Origin: Eutreptiella sp. 'Long Island Sound 2002'
Taxonomy: Eukaryota; Protista; Euglenida
Length of the DNA stretch: 64,000 nt
Direction: 5' to 3'
Assembly (NCBI GenBank): GCA_964036045.1
Contig: OZ038379.1
Location: 10,602,001-10,666,000, forward strand
The translations under genes were made by a program, and so were the position numbers. A model generated the notes under the pieces. It was not told the DNA's origin and made no database searches. It saw only the letters and a list, made by a program, of their open reading frames with translations. Of the stretch, positions 57,746 through 64,000 are shown in pieces (the stretch's first letter is position 1; each line of letters opens with the position of its first letter).

Positions 57746-60700
57746 ATGAGTGAGTTTTTCAACGGAGCTATCGGAATTGACTTGGGAACCACCTACTCAT
57801 GTGTGGCCGTTTGGCGGAATGAAAGGTGTGCATAGATGTGGGGGGTAGGAGTGCTTGGACCGCAGCGGATTGTTCGTCCTCCTGGGGACTGAATAGGCGT
57901 CTGTTCCTATGCACATTGTCGTGTTGTGTAGAGTGGAGATCATCGCCAATGATCAGGGGAACCGAACAACCCCATCATATGTGGCTTTCACGGACACCGA
58001 ACGTCTGATTGGAGACGCTGCCAAGAATCAAGTTGCCATGAACCCGAAAAACACAGTGTTTGATGCCAAGCGCTTGATCGGCCGTCGCTACAGTGAGTCA
58101 ACAGTTCAGGCGGATAAGAAGCACTGGTCCTTTGAGGTGGTCAATAAAGGCGATGACAAGCCTGCGGTGAAGGTGTCGTACAAAGGCGAGACCAAGCAGT
58201 TCTTGCCTGAGGAGATCTCCTCGATGGTGTTGATCAAAATGAAGGAGACGGCGGAGAGCTACCTTGGGACCTCCGTGAAGAAAGCTGTGATCACGGTGCC
58301 TGCTTATTTCAATGATTCTCAGCGTCAGGGCACCAAGGACGCGGGGGCAATAGCAGGTATAACGACCTGTGCTCACAAGACACCCTGGAACGCAAAATTT
58401 GCAGCCCCCCCTGAGGCATTAAGGCAAACTGTGAGGCAATGAAGGGTAATGGGGGCAGTTTGTGGAGTCGCCAAGTATGACTCGGTCGATTGTGCATCTG
58501 AACACAATTCCTAGGACTGGAGCAGACCTGCGTTTGCAATGCAAACGGAGTCAATGTTGTCGAACGGATCACATATGGCATGAGGTCCACATCATGCGGT
58601 CATTTGAAACCTGGCGTCACGCCCCCCCCCCCCCCCATTCTTGTGCTGTGACCGGTCGCGTGTGACACGGGGGCGTTCGGTAGCTAAGTATCCGTTGCTT
58701 CATGGCCCATTCTTGTGCGGCGAAGCTTAGGGATAATTCCAATGCAACGTTCTCGATGGGCACGAGGGATTCCGTTCATCCACCCCACCCCCCCTCTCAC
58801 CCCCGTAGTATTCTTCGGCTTTTGTGTTGTGTTGGACAAGCCCCTAAACCCTTGTGGCAGGCTTCCAACCCTGCAAGTTGAACCACTTTTTTTCCGCATT
58901 GAGCCCCCAAGCCCTGGCCGCAAAGAAGCGAATCTGTGGTGTTTTCTTGTTTGGGCCTTGCGCTACAGCAACTGTTCTCCGAGGGGTTCCAACCAACGGC
59001 GGGGCAGACGTGCCGGCTGCAGTACATCCCTTCTTTCCCGCGGATGCATGGCAACGCACGTCCAACCACATCGCCCAATGGCCCACCCCACCAAACGCAA
59101 CCCTGCAGTTCACAAGGAGGAGGTCCAGCCTCCCTCCCCTCCCTCCCCTCCTTGTACAGTAATATGCAGCGTACACTTGGTGGAACTTCGGCCACGAAAA
59201 TATGCAGGCGAGAGGTTTTGGCCGACAAAACCCGGCTAAGTGAAGGTGAAACTGAGGACAGATTGTATGTACATCTATTCTCATTGTGTTGGATAAGCGT
59301 GTATGCACAACGAACTGCCGGACCTTGGTGCATATGCATACCAGGACGTGCATGTGTAGAGCGCCTTGTTGACCTGTCCCCAAAGGTGCACGGCCGCCGG
59401 AAGCGCATTGCACTGCACTGTCAAACTCTCGGAACTGACGGTCGAGGGGAAGAGGCGCGGCTGGAGTCAAGGGTGTGGTGGCATCCCTGACCCTTTGAAC
59501 CCCCCGCTCTCGAGTGTGCCTGACACCATCCCCTCCCTCTGCTGCAGGATTGGAGGTGCTGCGTATCATCAACGAGCCCACCGCCGCCGCGATCGCCTAC
59601 GGCCTGGACAAGGTGCGCGACACCAAAGAGCGCAACGTGCTGATCTTCGACTTGGGCGGGGGCACGTTCGACGTGTCGTTGTTGACCATCGACGGAGGCA
59701 TTTTCGAGGTGAAGGCCACCGCTGGGGACACGCACTTGGGCGGCGAAGACTTCGACAGCCGCCTGGTCAACTTCTTCGTGGAGGAGTTCAAGCGAAAGTA
59801 CAAGAAGGATCTCACCAGCAGCCCCCGCGCGCTGCGACGCCTGCGGACTGCCTGCGAGCGCGCCAAGCGCACGCTGTCCAGCGCTGTGCAGGCCACCGTC
59901 GAGATCGACTCGCTGTACGAGGGCATCGATTTCTACACTGGCCTGGGCCGGGCACGTTTTGAGGAGCTCTGCTCCGACCTGTTCCGCTCCTGCCTGTCCC
60001 CCTGCGAGAAGGTGCTGCAGGACTCGAAGCTCGACAAGGCCTCGGTGCACGAGGTCGTGTTGGTTGGGGGTTCGACGCGGATCCCGAAGGTGCAGCACCT
60101 GGTCTCCGATTTCTTCGGGGGCAAGGAGCTGAACAAGTCCATCAACCCCGATGAGGCGGTGGCCTATGGGGCCGCCGTGCAGGCCTCCATTCTGACAGGG
60201 CAGAAGAGCAAGCAGACGGAGGGGCTGTTGTTGTTGGATGTGACCCCATTGACGCTCGGCATTGAGACCGCTGGCGGAATAATGACGCCCCTGATCAAGA
60301 GGAACACCACGATCCCGGCCAAGAAATCGCAGGTGTTTTCCACGTACAGTGACAACCAGCCGGGGGTGCACATCCAAGTGTTTGAAGGGGAGCGGTCCAT
60401 GACCCGGGACAATCATATTTTGGGGACCTTCGACTTGCACGGCATCCCTCTCGCCCCTCGCGGTGTGCCTCAGATCGACGTCACTTTCGACATTGATGCG
60501 AACGGGTTGTTGAATGTATCTGCGGAGGACAAGACCACTGGAAAGAGGAACCAGATTACCATCACCAACGACAAGGGTCGGCTGTCAAAAGACGAAATTG
60601 AGCGCATGGTGAACGACGCAAAAAAGTACGAGGAGGAGGATAAGGTCCAGCGCGAGAGGATTGATGCCAAGAATGGTCTGGAGAACTATGCATACTCCAT

Positions 60701-61001
60701 GAAGAATACCATGAATGATGAGAAGGTGGCAGGGAAGCTGGATGCTGGTGACAAGCAGAAGGTATTGGATGCTGTCAGCGAAACTGTTCAGTGGTTGGAA
60801 AGGAACCAGGAGGCCAGCAAGGAAGAGTATGAGAGCCGGCAAAAGGATTTGGAGGGCGTTTGCAGCCCCATAATGACCAGGATGTATCAGGCTGGTGCAG
60901 CTGCAGGAGGAGGGGAATTTGGAAACATGCCTGGCATGGGCGATGGTGCTGGACCGGGTGCTGGTGCTGAAGCTGGTCCCAAGGTGGAGGAGGTGGATTA
61001 A
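57746..61001 (+). CDS. HSP70: Cytosolic heat shock protein 70, 3 exons, 652 aa
   Basis: Exons 57746-57825, 57932-58356, 59548-61001 (1959 nt), GT-AG introns of 106 and 1191 nt. Motifs [54 protein letters not shown] and C-terminal GPKVEEVD. Confidence 0.98.
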
Positions 61002-61838
61002 GAACGGATGTATCTTTTTTCAGAACCCGAAGTATGGGACAACATCCCTGTCACGGTGTCTCCCCTTTGGGGAATACTAGATGGGACATCGCATTGCATT
61101 CCTGCCTTCAAATACGCAGCAGCAATGTCCAACCGGAATTTTTGGGCGCGACATCTCTCAAATGGCCTACCAATGCCAGCATTGGGCACCGCACGGCAAA
61201 TCTGTGGCGCCTGAAAATTATGCTGTGCATGGGGCTGTACCCGCTTTGCTCCCAAGCTACGCACCCAAGCTGGTGTTGCCTGTCAAGCCGAGTTGTTTGT
61301 TTTGAAACAGGGTCATTTCCCTAGGAAGAGGTCCCAGACTTTTTTGCAACACACACGTGCACCCCACGGTCGCATTGCACCAAGAAAACTGCTGCTCTTG
61401 GGCAGAGGTCATACCATTCTTATCTATCCTCTGCTCTCTGAACAACATTTCGCCTCCTTGCATTTGCACCTTGCACACATCCAGGATGAACGTCTGCTCA
61501 TGGAGTTGGTGCATGGCTGCCTGCTGGCCTGACCCCAGCCCAGCCGCTGTATATTTGTCATCTTCCCCGGTGCTATTTCTCATTACATCCTCCTTAAGTT
61601 TGCTCACCCTCAGACATTGTTCTGGACGTGATACCAGGATTGTTTGGTGCGTTTAAGGGGTCTTCTCATTATCAGAGTATTCTGTCAGTCTTATTGTTTA
61701 GCAGAATTCATTGTGCATTCGATTGACATTTTTTTTTGAAGTGGTTGCGAAATATTTGGATGGAAGAAGATTTGTTTCAAATGTATTCAAATTCTGTGTT
61801 TGTGTTTGGGTCGTTTTTTGTCCCTTCTTCTTCCTCAG

Positions 61839-61993
61839 CTTAGAGCTGAGGCTGAGGTAGAAGATAATGCAAAGAGACAAAGACAACAGAAAAGTACAGA
61901 TGCCCTGAGCAACCAGGTAACCAAACTGAAGGCCAAAATGACGAAGAACTCCAATGTGGTGATCGGATGCTCCGAATATGAACGAAGATGCAG
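61839..61993 (+). other. Isolated exon-like segment encoding a short coiled-coil peptide
   Basis: Pyrimidine tract + CAG acceptor and CAG|GTAAGA donor around an open frame LRAEAEVEDNAKRQRQQKSTDALSNQVTKLKAKMTKNSNVVIGCSEYERRC; no partner exons found. Confidence 0.35.
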
Positions 61994-63157
61994 GTAAGAG
62001 CGCCCTTTATTTTATCAACCAAATATTTTCAAACAAGTTGATAGCCATGGCACCCCAAAATTTGTGAATGGGCTGGGGCATTTCACTATGTTGACAACTC
62101 CATCATACTTTGGTACGCCTAGATGGCCCCCCGAAGCAAACCGCAAAGGTGTGCCATTGAAACTTTTCCTCAATTTCTGTTGCCTCCGGCAAGGCACCTC
62201 AAAGAGAGTGCTAGAACACTCAGTCAATTAGGCTGACAGTCAGCCAATCAGTTAGGCAGGCAGGCAGGCAGGCATGCAGGCAGAAACGCGCAGTTTGGTT
62301 TTTTTGATGGCAGCCTACATCTACAAGCGATGGTGAAACTCATCTGTGCAGGCAAAAACAGTGGTGGGGTGGACAAACAGTTGGCGGACGGGCGACCGAA
62401 AGTAGGTTCGATTCCCATATCGGATAGCCAACCACGCCCCGGTTTGTCCCTCAGCCGTTCTGCAGACCAGGGTCGGAATCCCACTGAGCACAAACTGTTG
62501 ACCCCCCCCCCCCCCCCAGCCCCCCCCCAAAAAAAGCGGTAGGGGGGGGGGTAGACAGCTCAAAATCGAAAAGCTCATTGGGGGGATCATTTTTTCCTTG
62601 TAAACAGAGATTTTACGAGAGGTTAGACATCCAACATCATGCCTTGGGGTATGCTACACGAGCGACCCCCAAAAAGGGGGCCGTATGGCGTCCGCGCTTG
62701 TGCTTGATCTAACAACCTCTCTTCAGGGATATTTCTGCAAGGAGCCAGGCCCTCCCATGTGAGAAAAGATTTTCCAATCAAACTGGGGAAGGAATGGCAA
62801 CCACCTGCCCCCAATCAAAATGTGGTGAAATTTTGCCCTCTGGATTAAAGCCAAGAAGCCAAATGCACGCCGTGACGACCAGACTTATATTGGTTTTTGC
62901 AAGGCGGTGTTACAGTCCCGTGTATGTTCAGGCAAAGGCAATTGAACACATTGGGCATCAGTTGTGGGGTGTATATTGTAGTCCCGAACGGTAAGCTGTA
63001 GATTGTATATTGTGGAGTAGATCCGTAGGTGCATTTTTGCTTCTGCCGTTACCTAGCACTGACAAGCTGTTGTATGAGCAATGTTTGGTCGGGGAATTTG
63101 AAGCGGAGGTCCCAAATGCAACATGATATTTTGGCGGAATTTGCACATGAAACCATT

Positions 63158-63680
63158 GGGAATGCTTTCCCTGCGGCGCTTGTGGCGCCTGCGGTGCGCC
63201 CTGCGGCGTGCCCTGCGGCGCGCAGTTTGGGTAATAATACCAGAATACAGGCGGAATAGTGCTGCATACATACACACATTTGTTACATACCCCCCCCCCC
63301 ACACCACTTTTTTTCTCCTTTGAGTGTACATTCCCCTTTTTGGGCCTCTATCTTTCACAAATGGTGCATTTGATTCCGTATGATGTTGATCTGTGATGGG
63401 CACTCTTTCATTCGAGGCCGTGGAGAGCATCCGTCTGCCCAATTGTACAATTGTGCTGTGTGCCGCGAGCCGTGCACCAAGTTGGTGATGAACTGGGAGG
63501 AGCGCATCCTACGACTCCATTGGATGGTCCATGCTGTGAATCGCATTTCATCAACAAGTGCAACGTCAAGTACAAGCCGTATGGTCCATGGGGTCATTTT
63601 CTTGGACAATATACACTAAAGCTAATTACCCTTTCCCTGTGGCGCTTGCGGCGCGGCTGCGGCGCTCAGGAAGCATTCCC
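63158..63680. mobile_element. 3-bp-TSD MITE-like element, 523 bp (Harbinger-like)
   Basis: 10-bp perfect TIR GGGAATGCTT; ATT on both flanks; TTCCCTGYGGCGCTTGYGGCGC as a direct repeat near both ends (~63166 and ~63633). Confidence 0.7.
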
Positions 63681-64000
63681 ATTGTTGCATCACAAAGGTC
63701 CATATTCCAGTGAAGTGGTCTGGGGCCCAAAAGTTCTATATTGAGCCTTTGAACCACCGAACCATTTTCAGCTTGACCCCCTAGTAAGAAGCCATCTTGA
63801 CTACGCAACAAATGCTTTTGCCTGAAGGACTTTTGCCTTGGGTAGAGAAGTGAAACTTGGCCAAACATTTCAAGCAGAGGGGTGAGGGGTCAGAGGGGGG
63901 CGGAGGGCGTGCACAGTGGCACCTTTGCACTGCACATGCAATGTGCCCTGCTTTTGGAACATACTTGCCCAAACCAGCCCCTAGTGCCCCGCCAAACTCT

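Noticed and set aside
59421-60440. 339-aa minus-strand ORF (and other antisense ORFs over HSP70, the LINE and the 586-aa ORF)
   Set aside because: Antisense shadows of GC3-rich coding sequence, a known artefact opposite hsp70.

Overview
Eukaryotic, intron-rich and very repeat-rich genomic DNA. The cytosolic HSP70 carries euglenozoan-type signatures ([31 protein letters not shown]), so a euglenid or diplonemid source is likely (inference). Four spliced plus-strand genes can be rebuilt with GT-AG introns and consistent phases: an RRM + DBP2/DDX5-type DEAD-box helicase with a (KG)13 tail (87-11052, 7 exons), an STPG1/SHIPPO-repeat protein (17804-27669, first exon not found), a rhomboid protease (32158-37249) and HSP70 (57746-61001). 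Most of the rest is mobile DNA: an uninterrupted 5'-truncated non-LTR retrotransposon (RNase H + CCHC finger) inside a pentanucleotide microsatellite, a decayed hAT (DUF659-type) transposase, hAT- and Harbinger-type MITEs with clear TSDs, tRNA-derived Pol III heads, and a 9.7-kb segment with an orphan 586-aa ORF between long, nearly identical inverted repeats. The most unusual signal is a family of TA-flanked elements with poly-C/poly-G termini. They carry a ~50-bp block as a DIRECT repeat at both ends around an internal segment, also occur as a ~100-bp single-block form, nest inside each other, and share a small ORF remnant. A similar TIR + direct-repeat layout appears in 3-bp-TSD elements. 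All family assignments come from motif recognition by eye; no database search was run.
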